Of a stretch of DNA of 64,000 bases, positions 50,941-62,511 are shown piece after piece; the stretch's first letter is position 1; every line of letters begins with the position of its first letter. The notes beneath the pieces were generated by a model that did no database searches, had not been told where the DNA came from, and saw only the letters and a program-made list of their open reading frames with translations. The translations under genes and the position numbers were made by a program. This stretch comes from Chiloscyllium plagiosum (lineage: Eukaryota). Location of the stretch: NCBI RefSeq assembly GCF_004010195.1, contig NC_057715.1, positions 106,516,824 through 106,580,823 on the forward strand, given 5' to 3'.

Positions 50941-51218
50941 AGATTTCACAATCTCATTTATTTTGATATGTTGCACTGTGGCCTACAGTGTATTTCTGCT
51001 TCCTGCTCAGCTTATTCAAGAGTACAGATGCCAATCAGTCCTTGAGAAACAGGAACTGATTGGTCTAATTTCCAGACCTACACCTATACAGAATAGCTTG
51101 TATTTATGTAGCACTTTTCCCAATCTCAAGACACTCCAAAGCACTTTATAATAAATTAAGCACCTTGGAAAAGAAGTCACTCATCTGATTTGGCCATCAT
51201 TGAATGTAATTGAAGATA

Positions 51219-51343
51219 GGAGAAAGTGAGGTCTGCAGATGCAGGAGATCAAGCTGAAAATGTGTTGCTGGTAAAGCACAGCAGGTCAGGCAGCATCCAA
51301 GGAACAGGAGAATCGACGTTTCGGGCATAAGCCCTTCATCAGG
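51219..51343 (-). mobile_element. 125-bp solo hammerhead mini-PLE (family A), no inversion
   Basis: 11-bp TSD AATTGAAGATA at 51208-51218 and 51344-51354; the element begins at cCTGATGA. Confidence 0.92.
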
Positions 51344-51346
51344 AAT
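51311..51346 (-). ncRNA. Minimal hammerhead ribozyme, family A (intact core)
   Basis: attc-CTGATGA-A-GGGC(ttat)GCCC-GAAA-CG-TC-gatt on the minus strand. Confidence 0.8.
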
Positions 51347-51460
51347 TGAAGATATGCAGTTTGATCTCGATAACTTAGAACAAATAATTAGAAACCACTC
51401 TAATGCACCACTTGATTGCTACTCCTTCTGTATTTTTGCTGCACTGTGTACATTAGAAGC

Positions 51461-51500
51461 CAGGATGTGGACTATAACCTGGTATTGTGTGATTTTTAGC
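51461..51500 (+). mobile_element. 40-bp family B terminal insertion
   Basis: ggactataacctggtattgtgtgattttt flanked by the 12-bp TSD TACATTAGAAGC (51449-51460 and 51501-51512). Confidence 0.8.
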
Positions 51501-52455
51501 TACATTAGAAGCTATCAGATTTAAATTGCTTCTGTGCAATTTTGACATTATAAAGCCAAATCAAGAAAAGATTAAGGGCAAAATTATACGTGCAGAGAGA
51601 GGGCTGAAAGATCAAATGATGGAATAAATGCTGACATGAATTTCAAATTTGCCCTCCATGTTCCTTAGCAATTTGTTTGATGCTCTTATAATTATCATAG
51701 AGATCTAAACAAATGCTACAAAAGGAAGCTTTAATCCACCAGAATAAAGTGATATTTTGTGGGGAAACAATTCCTAGATAAGGCAGCATGTCCCTCAACG
51801 AAATGATGAGCGAAATGACCAGGAGAAAGAATTTGGTTAACAAGTTGCTTCACACAGAGGGTGGGGGGGGTCGTTTGGAACTCGTTGCCAGCAAGGGTGG
51901 CACGGTAGATTCATTTAAGATGCGTCTGGATAAATGCATGAGTAGGTGGGGAGCAGAAGGATACAGATGCTTAGGAATTGACCGACAGGTTTAGACAGTA
52001 CATTTGGATTGGCTCAAGCTCGGAGGGCCGAAGAGCCTGTTCCTGAGCTGTAAATTTTCTTTGTTCTTTGTTCTTTCTTGCTGTATGAAATCCCTGATTA
52101 GTAATGGTCAAGTGGTTCAGACATAAATTGGGTGAATCAAGCCGCAGATTCGGATTGATGGGAGGGATACCTAAGTTCCGCTTTCAATCAGCAGAAGGTG
52201 CAGATATACTGCAAGGTTTAAACTGATGCAAAGATTATACTCTGAGGCTTTGGTGCACATTTGCTGCAAGCCCTTCTCACTAAACCCACCAAACTTGGAA
52301 TAATACCTGGATTGTGCAGTTTTCTTGTTATATTTGTCTTTGAAGAATCCAGATTTGTAGGCAAAATATCCAGTAACAGGGCAACTTGTGGATGGATTAA
52401 CCTAGAGGGATAAATGTAACAGATTCAAGGGATTACCACCCTCTGCTGCAAGTCA

Positions 52456-52700
52456 CACAGAGTGTGGTGTGGTGCTGGAAAAGCACAGCCAGTCAGGCAG
52501 TGTCCGAGGAGCAAGAGAGTCAATGTTTTAAGCATAAGCTCTTCATCAGGAATGACTCTTCTCCTCATCATATTGATAAAAGGCTTATCCTTGAAACTTC
52601 GATTGTCCTGCTCCTCGGATGCTGCCTGACCGGCTGTGCATTTCCAGTGCCACACTTTTTGACTCTGATCTCCAGCACTTGCAGTCCTCATTATCTCGTA
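52456..52700. mobile_element. Older palindromic mini-PLE with two decayed hammerheads back to back
   Basis: Inverted arm about 52456-52553, forward arm about 52570-52700. Confidence 0.8.
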
Positions 52701-53214
52701 GATGGTCAATAAATGCTGCTCTGGCCAACGATGCCCAGTTATCTAGGAACTGTTTCCCCACAAAAGGCTGCTTTATTCAGATGGATTAAATCTTCCTTTC
52801 TAGCATTTATTCAGATCCCTATGATAATTGTATGAGCATCAAACCAATAGAAAAAAGATAAAGGTTAGTAATAATAATAATGTATGGAAGATTCAGACTA
52901 CAAGAATATCCATGACCTAGTGACCTTTTCATCAGCCTACCTTGTGCAATTATCTATCGTTGTCGCAATCAATTTGAGAGATTGATTACTTTATCTCAGA
53001 GCAGGCAGATGGATATAAAGGAGAAATCCAGAAGGAAAGCACTGCCGAAGGTAACTTGGAAAAGATGTATGCAATACGGAGCTTTGGTCCTAAAGAGAGT
53101 TACCATTTTTAACTACACCGTTTTGAATCCAGTGGGTCTTCTTTGGTCAGAAAAAGAGCTGGTGGAATTGAAATGCTAATCAGACACATTCAAGATGGCA
53201 GTCTCTTCCTAGGA

Positions 53215-53905
53215 GGTGATGTAATTAATCCAGATAAATGAAAGGTGATACGTTTTGGAAGATCTCATGCAACAGACAAGTATATGATAAATGGCAAAAC
53301 CCTTAGTAGCATCAACATACAGAGGGATCTAGATGCACACATCCACGGTTCCCTGAAAGTGGCAACACAAGTGGATAGGTGGCCAAGAGGCATATAGCAT
53401 GCTTGACCTTCATTGGGCATAGAATATAAAAATTGGCAAGTCATGTTGCAGATGTTTTGAACTTTAATTCGGCCACATTTAGAATATTGTGTGTAGTTCT
53501 AGTCTCAACACAACCAGAAGGATGTGGAGATTTTGGAGAAGGTATAGAAACAGTTTACCAGGATGTTGCCTGGTTTAGAGGGGATTAGTTGTCAGGAGAA
53601 ATATGAGAAACTTGTATTGTTTTCACTTGAATATCAAGGGATGAGGGGCACCTTGAGAGAAGTTTACAAAATTCTGAGGGGCATGGAATAATCAGAGTCT
53701 TTTCTCCAAGTAGAAATGTTGATTACCAGGGGACTAACATTTATGGTAAAAGGATTACGTTTAAAGAAGACATGAGAGGCAGGTTTTTTACACAGAGAGT
53801 GGTAAGCGCCTGGAATGTGCTGCTACAGGAGGTGGACACAATAGCAATGTTTTAGAGACATCTTGACAAATATATGAAATGTTGAGGAAGAGAGGAATAC
53901 AGACC
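53215..53905 (+). mobile_element. Degraded CR1 RT C-terminus
   Basis: cacggttccctgaaagtggcaacaca...tttaccaggatgttgcctgg. Confidence 0.78.
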
Positions 53906-54569
53906 ACAAAAGGCTTTGAGCTTACTAGAGGCAGAATATGTTACTGTGTAGTCTTACTGTCACATCCAGGCTGTTAATGAACATGGTTTTGAAGTTACCT
54001 GGAGGTTTGGCTTGAACTTGTATGGAGATACAAAGAAGCCTTACAAGAAAACCTCTTTTGCAGCTGAATACCTAATCTTTAGTGGGCGAAATTCAAACTT
54101 GTTGAATACATTGCTGCTGGTCCAAATTACGACGTCGTCCAAGAATTCAGTGTGACTTGAGAATGTCAATGGTTCAACTGTTTTCAGTGGATGCCCATAT
54201 GAGCACAAAGTGCCAGCAGTAAGGCACAGTAATCACTCCCCAGGGTGGCAACTAGCAGAGTTAACACTCCAGCTATGAAATTTATATTCCCAGTCTCTGA
54301 TATAAGTACTCTAAACATTCTCACGACACCAACAAAAAATACTACATTTACCGGGTTATTCAAAAAGGCCGCCCACTTTTAATTAGAAATGACTTCAATA
54401 CTAGAAAGGCGTCACTTTGTTTATTAATTATGTGGCCATGGGAATTCATGTTGATAACACAAACCACATTGTGGTGAAGGGACAGTCCAAAGCATGAAAA
54501 GTTCTTCCCCAAGAGTTTCATGTGTGTAATTGAGCAGAAGGTAATGTCAAGTATAAAATGCATTCCTGG

Positions 54570-56345
54570 TTCATGTGATGACAACATTGCTTTAGGCCAA
54601 CATTTATTGCCCATCCCTTAGTGCACTTCATCTGAGTTCCATGCTGGGCAATTTCAGAGTGCAGTTAAGAGTCAACCATATTGCTCTGGGTCACATGTAG
54701 GCAAGTTAAGGATAAGAGATTTCATTCCCTAAAGGACATTTGTGGACCTGATTAGCTTTTACAACAATTAACAATAGATCAGCATTTTATTCCAAATTTT
54801 CATTGAATTCAAATTTTATCATCTGTCATGATGGGATCCAAATCCCACACTTCCTGGAGTTCTGGACTCTGATTCATTGACATTTCCACAACACCAACAT
54901 CTCCCCACAATTGATAATAGACTGGTTTTCAATTTCAGTTTGATTAGATTGAAATTCCACCAGCTGGCATAATAGATTTGAGCCTGTTGCTCCAGAGAGT
55001 TATCCTAGGCCTACTAGAGTACGCAGCCCTGGGGCATTTACTACCACACCACCATCTACTGCACAACTGAGGGCATCACAGACAGGTGCAAGTTCATTTG
55101 CTCATTCTGTGGAGTGACAACAGGAAAAGAAAATCCAGTGAAAGTTTCTTTGGATTAATAACATCAGCAAAATTGAGGAGGTGGTGGCCAAGTGGAATTA
55201 TCTAGACTACCAATCCAGAAATTCAGCTCCTGTTCTGGACACCATGGCAGATGGTGGAATTTGAATTCTGTCAAGAGTCTGGAATTAAGGGTCTAATGGC
55301 GACCATGAAACGATTGTCAATTGTCAGAAAAATCCACCTAATTCACTAATGTCCTTTAGGGAGGAAAACTGACATCCTTACCTGGTCTGGCCTAGATGAA
55401 ATTCCAGACCCACAGCAATGTGATTAACTCTTAACTGCCCTCTGGGCAATTAGGGATGGGCAATAAATGCTGTTCCAGCCAGAGATGGCCACATCTCACA
55501 AGTAAATTTAAAAAAACATAAATACACACAAAGGGAAATACTGAATGCAAACAAATAAGCAAATCATACAACACAGAAGGCGTCCCAATGTATCTGAGCT
55601 CATTCTTTGGATGAACTATATGGGATTAGTCCCATTCCTGTCTTCCATCTGCCATAGCCCTGCAAATATTCCCTTTGCAAGTATCCACCCAATTCCCTTT
55701 TCCAGTTACTATTAAATATGCTTTCACTGCTCTTTCAATTAGGGCAGTTCAGATCATAATAACTTCCTACATAAAAAAAACACTTCTCATCTACCTTCCA
55801 GTTCTTTTGCCCATATTTGAGATGTGTGCCCTCTGGTTACCAGCCTTGTGTCATTGGACAGTCACTGATGAGGCAGGCTAATACCCACCTGATGGGTAGC
55901 CTGAAGGAAACTGAAAGTCAATTGGTGACACCAAAAAATGAGTCTATTAGATTGGATGTCCTAGGGGATTGGGAGTACGTAACAGAGGATGGGGTAGAGA
56001 CAGGGGTGGAGGGGCCAATGTCTTAGTGCTATTATTGCTAGACTATTAATCCTGAGACCCAGGTGATGTTCTGGGGACCTAGGCTCAAATCCCACTGGGG
56101 CTGATGGTGGAATTTGAATTCAGTAAAAATCTGAAATTAAGAGTCTAATGATGACTGTGAAACCATTGTCAATTGTCAGGAAAAATCCATCCAATTTACT
56201 AAAGTCCTTTAGGGAAGGAAGTCTGCTGTTCTTACCTGGTCTGGCCTCCATGAGATGTGGGTTAAATCTTAACTTCCCTCTGGGCAATTAGGGATGGGCA
56301 ATAAATGCTGCCTAGCCAGGGGCAACTTCATCCCATGAATGAATA
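54570..56345. mobile_element. Three copies of a tRNA-derived SINE (54570-54905 minus, 55176-55505 plus, about 56000-56345 plus)
   Basis: Shared body gatggtggaatttgaattc...gtcctttagggaaggaa...cttacctggtctggcct and tail agggatgggcaataaatgc. Confidence 0.78.
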
Positions 56346-57668
56346 AAGAAAAACCTTCAAAAATGGAGAGGCTGAGTAAGATGCATCCAGGTGTTTGGAC
56401 GAAAGAGTTCACATGAAGAGTGATACGTGGTCCTTACCCAGTAAAGTAGGCCTTGGTTGTGGACTGGTCTTGAGAAGGTGAGCATGGAAAGGCTGTTTGC
56501 TCTAATGGCTGACTCCAGAACTGGAGGGAACCGTTTAAAATGACAAAGATGGTGGGAAATATTTCATCACTGACAGTTATGAGACTATGCCTCAGAAGGC
56601 AGTGGAGTCATGGTTATTGAGTATGTTTTAAGACAAAGTTGATAGATTCTTGTTAGACAGTAGAATCCGAGGTTATCGCGGATGGATGGTAATGTGGAAT
56701 TCAGAGGACAAACAGATCAGCCATGATCGTATTGAATGGTGGAACAGATTTGATGGGCAGAATCACCTACTTCTGCTCATAATTCATATGGCAAACAGTG
56801 AGTGAGAAATCAGGGATCAGGAGCTTGGAGAAGAATTGGAGCAATCAGTTATTGGAGGAATAGGTTCTGAGAGAGGATCTACGCAAGAAAGATCACATAG
56901 TTCTTCAGAGAATGAGAAACGGCAATTATGTTTAGTGCAGACAAGCTGGAAGAACTCAGCAAGCCAAGCAGCATCAGGAAGGTGGAGCAGGAGACAGGGG
57001 TCAGAGTGGGTACAGCACATATAAGGAAGGGGGGGGGGGGTTTAAGCAAGTTAGGGTTTACTCCATGACTTGTTAGTTGGGAGAGGAAGCTTCCGTGAGC
57101 CAGGAGGTGGGTCTTTGAGAAATCACCATCTCTAAACCTCATTCTGGCCTGGGATGTTAGCCGCTTCACTCTAAGGAATCTGGAGATGAATCAGATGATT
57201 ACTTACTGAGCGAGAAAAGGAGATACAATGCACCACAGGGATCATAAGAGAGATAAGGAAACAGATAAATCAAACTTTTCAAATCCCAATGAAGGAATAA
57301 CAAATGAGCTGAATGACAGGAAGGAAGTATGATAAAAAGAGTCAAATCAGGTGTGTAAAAGAAATAAGAGAAGGGAAAAGAGATTAGATTGGGAGAAATG
57401 ACAAAAAAGGATGAAACCAGGTATTCTGACTTCCTTTGGGTATGATTTGCAGGTAAAGAATCTCTCTCTCTCTCTGAGTGCCAGCTAACTAGCAGCTAGA
57501 CAAAGGGAAGTAGGATAGCAAAAGGCTTGTCTCTCATCCTGAATGCTCGAAATCAATCAGAATAGAAAGGAATCAGAACTACAACATCTCAAAAAAGCTG
57601 TAGAATGAAGTGGCATAAAATTGACTGTTCAACTACCAACATCAATGCTAACGAGGACCTTTACTGCA

Positions 57669-57758
57669 CACAGCCACCTGATGAAGGAGCGGCGCTCTGA
57701 AAGCTAGTGTTTCCAATGAAACCTGTTGGACTATAACTTGGTGTTGTGTGATTTTTAA
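57669..57758 (+). mobile_element. 90-bp solo hammerhead mini-PLE (family B)
   Basis: 10-bp TSD CTTTACTGCA at 57659-57668 and 57759-57768. Confidence 0.85.
57675..57709 (+). ncRNA. Minimal hammerhead ribozyme, family B
   Basis: cac-CTGATGA-A-GGAGC(ggc)GCTCT-GAAA-GC-TA-gtg; helix I cac/gtg. Confidence 0.8.
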
Positions 57759-58679
57759 CTTTACTGCAAAGGATGCAATGTTTGCTCTTGTGAACTATTC
57801 AGAAACTGATCTGTATAATTCATTGATCAAGATTGTTTATACTTTTGGATTTAATTTTTAATTCTAATCTGCTTATATGTTTGTTGTATTAGTGTTTAGT
57901 AATTAACAAACTCAGTTAACTTAAGAAAGCTTGGTTAAATTGGCTCTGTTTAAAATGCAAGTTAATTTAGGTGTGGAAGAAAGGTACCCACAAAGGAAGG
58001 GATTGATTGCTAAGTCAGCCTTGTTGCCATCTTCCAAGGCTGGGGGCGCATAATGAAGGGGACCAGGTAAATCACTCCTCACTGAGAACTTTACATGTTG
58101 GAGGAAAGCAACCAATACTTCAGCATTAGCCAGCTCTGAACCACTGTGGCAGAGCGGGATAGTGGGGTAGAACTTGTGTGCTTTGCTCAAGGTGGTTCTT
58201 CCTCTTCAAACACATCAAAACAGACAAAGATGGTAACAGGTAGACAGGAGATCAAAACTGAAACTCCTGGTTTTGTACTGTTGAGGCAGCCAGTTTAATG
58301 CCTTTCCTTTGCCTGCCTGTCCCCAGTTCAACCAACATATTCTGACATTAGACAGCTGTCTCCACCAGATCAAGAGGTCAAAACACAGAGCACAGTCTCA
58401 CTCAATCACTGGATCCTACCTGGCACTTATACACATTTCCTGGAAGAAAGATGGCAGTCTGATTTCCCCCAACACCAGCGTTGGGCTCATAAATCTAGAG
58501 CAGGAGAGGTCATTCAGTGTTAGGGTCTACCTGTCTATGAGCATGAAGGAGTGGAGAAAAGGTTCAGTCTTCACATGTGCCATGAATAATCCCACCTCCA
58601 ACTCTCAAACCAGACAAACTGTGAAGGACGTGTAGGTAAGGTCTGGCCCTGACTCATACATTGACAAGGCATATAAGGG

Positions 58680-59263
58680 GAGACAGGCCGCCTACTTGCG
58701 GAGCGTTTCAGAGAACACCTCTGGGACACCCGGACCAACCAACCCAACCACCCTGTAGCCCAACATTTCAATTCCCCCTCCCACTCCACCAAGGATATGC
58801 AGGTCTTTGGAATCCTCCATCGTCAGACCACAACAAAACAACGGTTGGAGGAAGAACGCCTCATCCTCCGGCTAGGAACCCTCCAACCACAAGGGATGAA
58901 CTCGGGTTTCACCAGTTTCCTCATTTCCCCTCCCCCCACCTTGTCTCAGTCAAATCCATCGAATTCAGCACCGCCTTCCTAACCTGCAATCTTCTTCCCG
59001 ACCTCTCCGCCCCCACCCCCGTCTGACCTATCACCCTCACCTTGACCTCTTTCCACCTATCACATTTCCGACGCCCCTCCCCCAAGTCCCTCCTCCCTAC
59101 CTTTTATCTTAGCCTGCTGGACAAACTTTCCCCATTCCTGAAGAAGGGCTTATGCCCGAAACGTCGATTCTCCTGTTCCCTGGATGCTGCCTGACCTGCT
59201 GCGCTTTTCCAGCAACATATTTCCAGCTCTGATCTCCAGCATCTGCAGACCTCACTTTCTTCT
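58680..59263 (+). mobile_element. PLE family A, 5'-truncated in GIY-YIG
   Basis: ETGRLLAERFREHLWDTRTNQPNHPVAQHFNSPSH...RLGTLQPQGMN; 15-bp TSD CAAGGCATATAAGGG at 58665-58679 and 59264-59278. Confidence 0.93.
59134..59169 (+). ncRNA. Minimal hammerhead ribozyme, family A (intact core)
   Basis: attc-CTGAAGA-A-GGGC(ttat)GCCC-GAAA-CG-TC-gatt, downstream of a GIY-YIG ORF fragment. Confidence 0.82.
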
Positions 59264-62179
59264 CAAGGCATATAAGGGCCAAGTGCTGGAAAATAGGATT
59301 CAAATAGCTACATGCTTGATTCTGACTGGCACAGACATGACGGACTGAAGGGCCTTTATCTGTGCGGTAGACCTCAATGATCGTGGGACCTTAATGAAAA
59401 ATGATGGAAAGATGCAAATGATCATGCAACCACAACTTCTCCCTCCACTTAATGCAATGAGAGTCTCTATTATTCTCCCAGCAGGCTTTGATGCCTCATT
59501 TCTTTTTATTGGTATTGTTTCAAAAATAGTATGTGTTGACTGGGATAAAAAGATTTCACCTTCCTCTCACTCCCATGGCCTGACATCCATCAAAATCTAG
59601 ACAGAGACCTTTTGCTACAACAATCAACAGGCTATGAGACCACGGTTACACATATCTGGCCCTGCCACCCACTGCTTTGCTTTGTGGGACCAATTTTCAT
59701 CCAGATCCCTACACCCAGTGGGCCTGGCAGCAATCAGCAGCAAAGGTGGTCACACAGGGCTGTACCTTGTGATTGTCAGAGACATTACGGGGAGCCAGGA
59801 ACATCTGCTGGTGTGGCCTGAAACAAACTAAACCCAAACAGGCGCAGAACTACCTGAACTCGCCCACACACGAGGACCACAACATTGACACATCCCCCAC
59901 CACCGCAGCCAAAACAAAGGATAGTGGCAATTGCAAACTGCTATCTCATTGATGCAAGAAGCAAAACCTCAGAACACCAGCTGGTGGTACATTCAAGTGC
60001 TCGCAGAATCGGCTGTTACCTAGGGTCCACCTCAGCTCCTCAGGGCTAGGATAGAGAGATGACAGTGCCAGCTGGTTTTGCTGGTACCTGGTGATCTCTC
60101 ACACCCAACCACCCGCAGCCCCCTCCCATCCCACCCACAGCCCCACATGTGAATGGAAGCAGAAATGGGAAACCCTGGAGAATTGATCAGTGTCCCATGG
60201 GGAGGTACTGCGGTTGGGGAATAGCTAGCATTTCCACACAGAGGAAGCTTTTGAACAAATGGCAGGCACCAGGAATCATAGTGAAGGAACAAAGCGAGAA
60301 ACCAGAAACAAAACATAGCAAAAGTCATTTTTATTGAAATGGGAACAGAAGATTTCATCTAAAATTATTAAAGTAAAGGTGGCTCCAGGAAACTGTAGAA
60401 CACTGAGTCGAATGATGACATGCCATTTCTTTAGCTTGCATTGAGCTACATTGGGACACTGCCACAGGATAAGGACAGAGAGGTCCGTATGGGAGCATGG
60501 TGGAGATTTCTAATGACTGGTACCTGGATACATGCTTACACTACTGTATTCACTATTTACACAATGGTCCTTTCTATGTTCGTGAGAAGGCATGCAAGAC
60601 TGGTTGACTGCTTTGTAGAACACTCTTCATAGTGCTGCCAGCTATTTTCTTTTGATAACTAATTTAGGTAATGCGAGAGATTAATATATGCACTAGGCCC
60701 CACAACCAACAATTGGGATAATGACCAGGCTTTCTGGTTTTCTTTAGTGATATTGGTTGAGGATTTAAATTGGTCTATAAACAGTGGAGACCTCCTGCAC
60801 TCATTTTAAAATTATGTCATGGGACTTTCTGTGTCCACCTGAGAGGGAAGTCAGAATATTAAAGCAAAAGATGGCATCTCCGACGGATGGCATACTCTTG
60901 GTGTCACACTGGAGAATCAGTATGGAATATGAACTCAAGTCACTGGAGCCTAGATTTAGCTCATCATGTTCTGACTCATTTATCTCCTTCAACAGCATCT
61001 TCTGACCTGCAATCTCTCCCATCTAAAAGGACAAGGATAGAAGATGCATTCGAACACCACTGCTTGCAAATTCCCTTGGAGCCACTCACCATCCTGACTT
61101 GGAATTATATCACTGTTAATTCACTTTCACAAGGTCAGAATCCTGAAAGCACCCTCCACTCCCCTCCCCACCCCACCGCCCCCAACCCATACCCCAACAA
61201 CACTACACTGCCACTGCATTCGCAAGGATTGCAGTAATTTGAGAAGACACCTCATCATTGTCTTCTCAAGGGCAACCAGGAATGGGGAATAGATGCTGGG
61301 CCCAGCTAGCAATGCCCACATCCTACGTGCTCACCGCCCTTGGCAAGCTTTCAGACGCACGAAACTAGAGAAGACGCACATGTTAAGTCAAAATGTGAGA
61401 CTTGTCACAATGTGTGCACAACCGCTATCTCGCCATGAAATTGTGGCTGCGGATTGCATCGTGGTGACTTCCTTTTCTTTCAGCTGTGGGCAGGGTAAGC
61501 ACGCAAGCTTCTATCAGAACAGGATTTTACTAGTGAAAGACAAAGGAAAGTCAGGGTGTGACAGCCCGTCAGAGTGTGCTGCAAAGGCTACTGACCAAAA
61601 ACCTGCTCTTGAAAGAATCAACGCATCGCATCAGGAGCAGAGGATATCTTAGTATCAAAACTAGGCACATTCAATTAGCACCCTGCTCACAGCTCAGACA
61701 CTAATACATGACATAAATTAAAACCCTATTAAACAGAAATTAATATCTTGAGACAAAAAAAAGTTATTACCAGTTTGGTGTTTTACAGCTAAAATAAGGT
61801 TAAACTGTTTTCACTTATCCACCAATAGGGACTGTCCTACACTAGAGCTTTCCACGTGGTTACTATGCAATAAATGTTTATACAACTCACGCACCAAGAA
61901 ATATAAGAAAAAAGCAGGTTGTGATTAAAAGCAGTGAGCCAAGTCTGCTACATATAGTGAAAGCCTTTCGCCCATGTGTGTGCAATGTGCAACATATTTG
62001 ACTAGATTCCACCCTTTCCCCTGATACGTTACATTATCAAGTGCAGATCTAAACAGGAACTCCTGCTGTTATTTCAATCAAGAATTCCAATAACAGAAAA
62101 TAAAGTAAAAGCAATCACACAAAGCAGAAATATCGCTCAAAGAGGTACATATGAGATGGTCTGCTTTTCTACCACCCAG

Positions 62180-62368
62180 GTCAGAAGTCACACAACACGA
62201 GGTTATCGTCCAACAGGTTTATTTGAAATCATATTTGAAGGAGTTTCACCTGATGAAGGAGCAGAGGTCTGAAAGCTTATGATTTCAAATAAACCTGTTG
62301 GACTATAACCTGGTGTCGTGTGACCTCTGACTTTGTTGACCCCAGTCCAACACCAGCATGTCCACATC
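62180..62368. mobile_element. Family B mini-PLE with inverted arm
   Basis: Inverted arm 62180-62232, decayed hammerhead 62250-62278, forward arm extends about 37 nt further. Confidence 0.8.
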
Positions 62369-62511
62369 TTTTTGACCAGCTCAGATGTAAATAATAAAAA
62401 TGTGACAGAAAGAGGAATTTGAAGGACAGAAATTCCATTTTTTTTACAAGAGCACAGAGAGCTTTTACATCACAAGATAAAATTAGAGAATAAAATGCTG
62501 GGAAAACTCAC

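Noticed and set aside
57420-58140. Possible solo LTR
   Set aside because: Composition is suggestive, but I could not define TG...CA ends, a TSD or a partner LTR.
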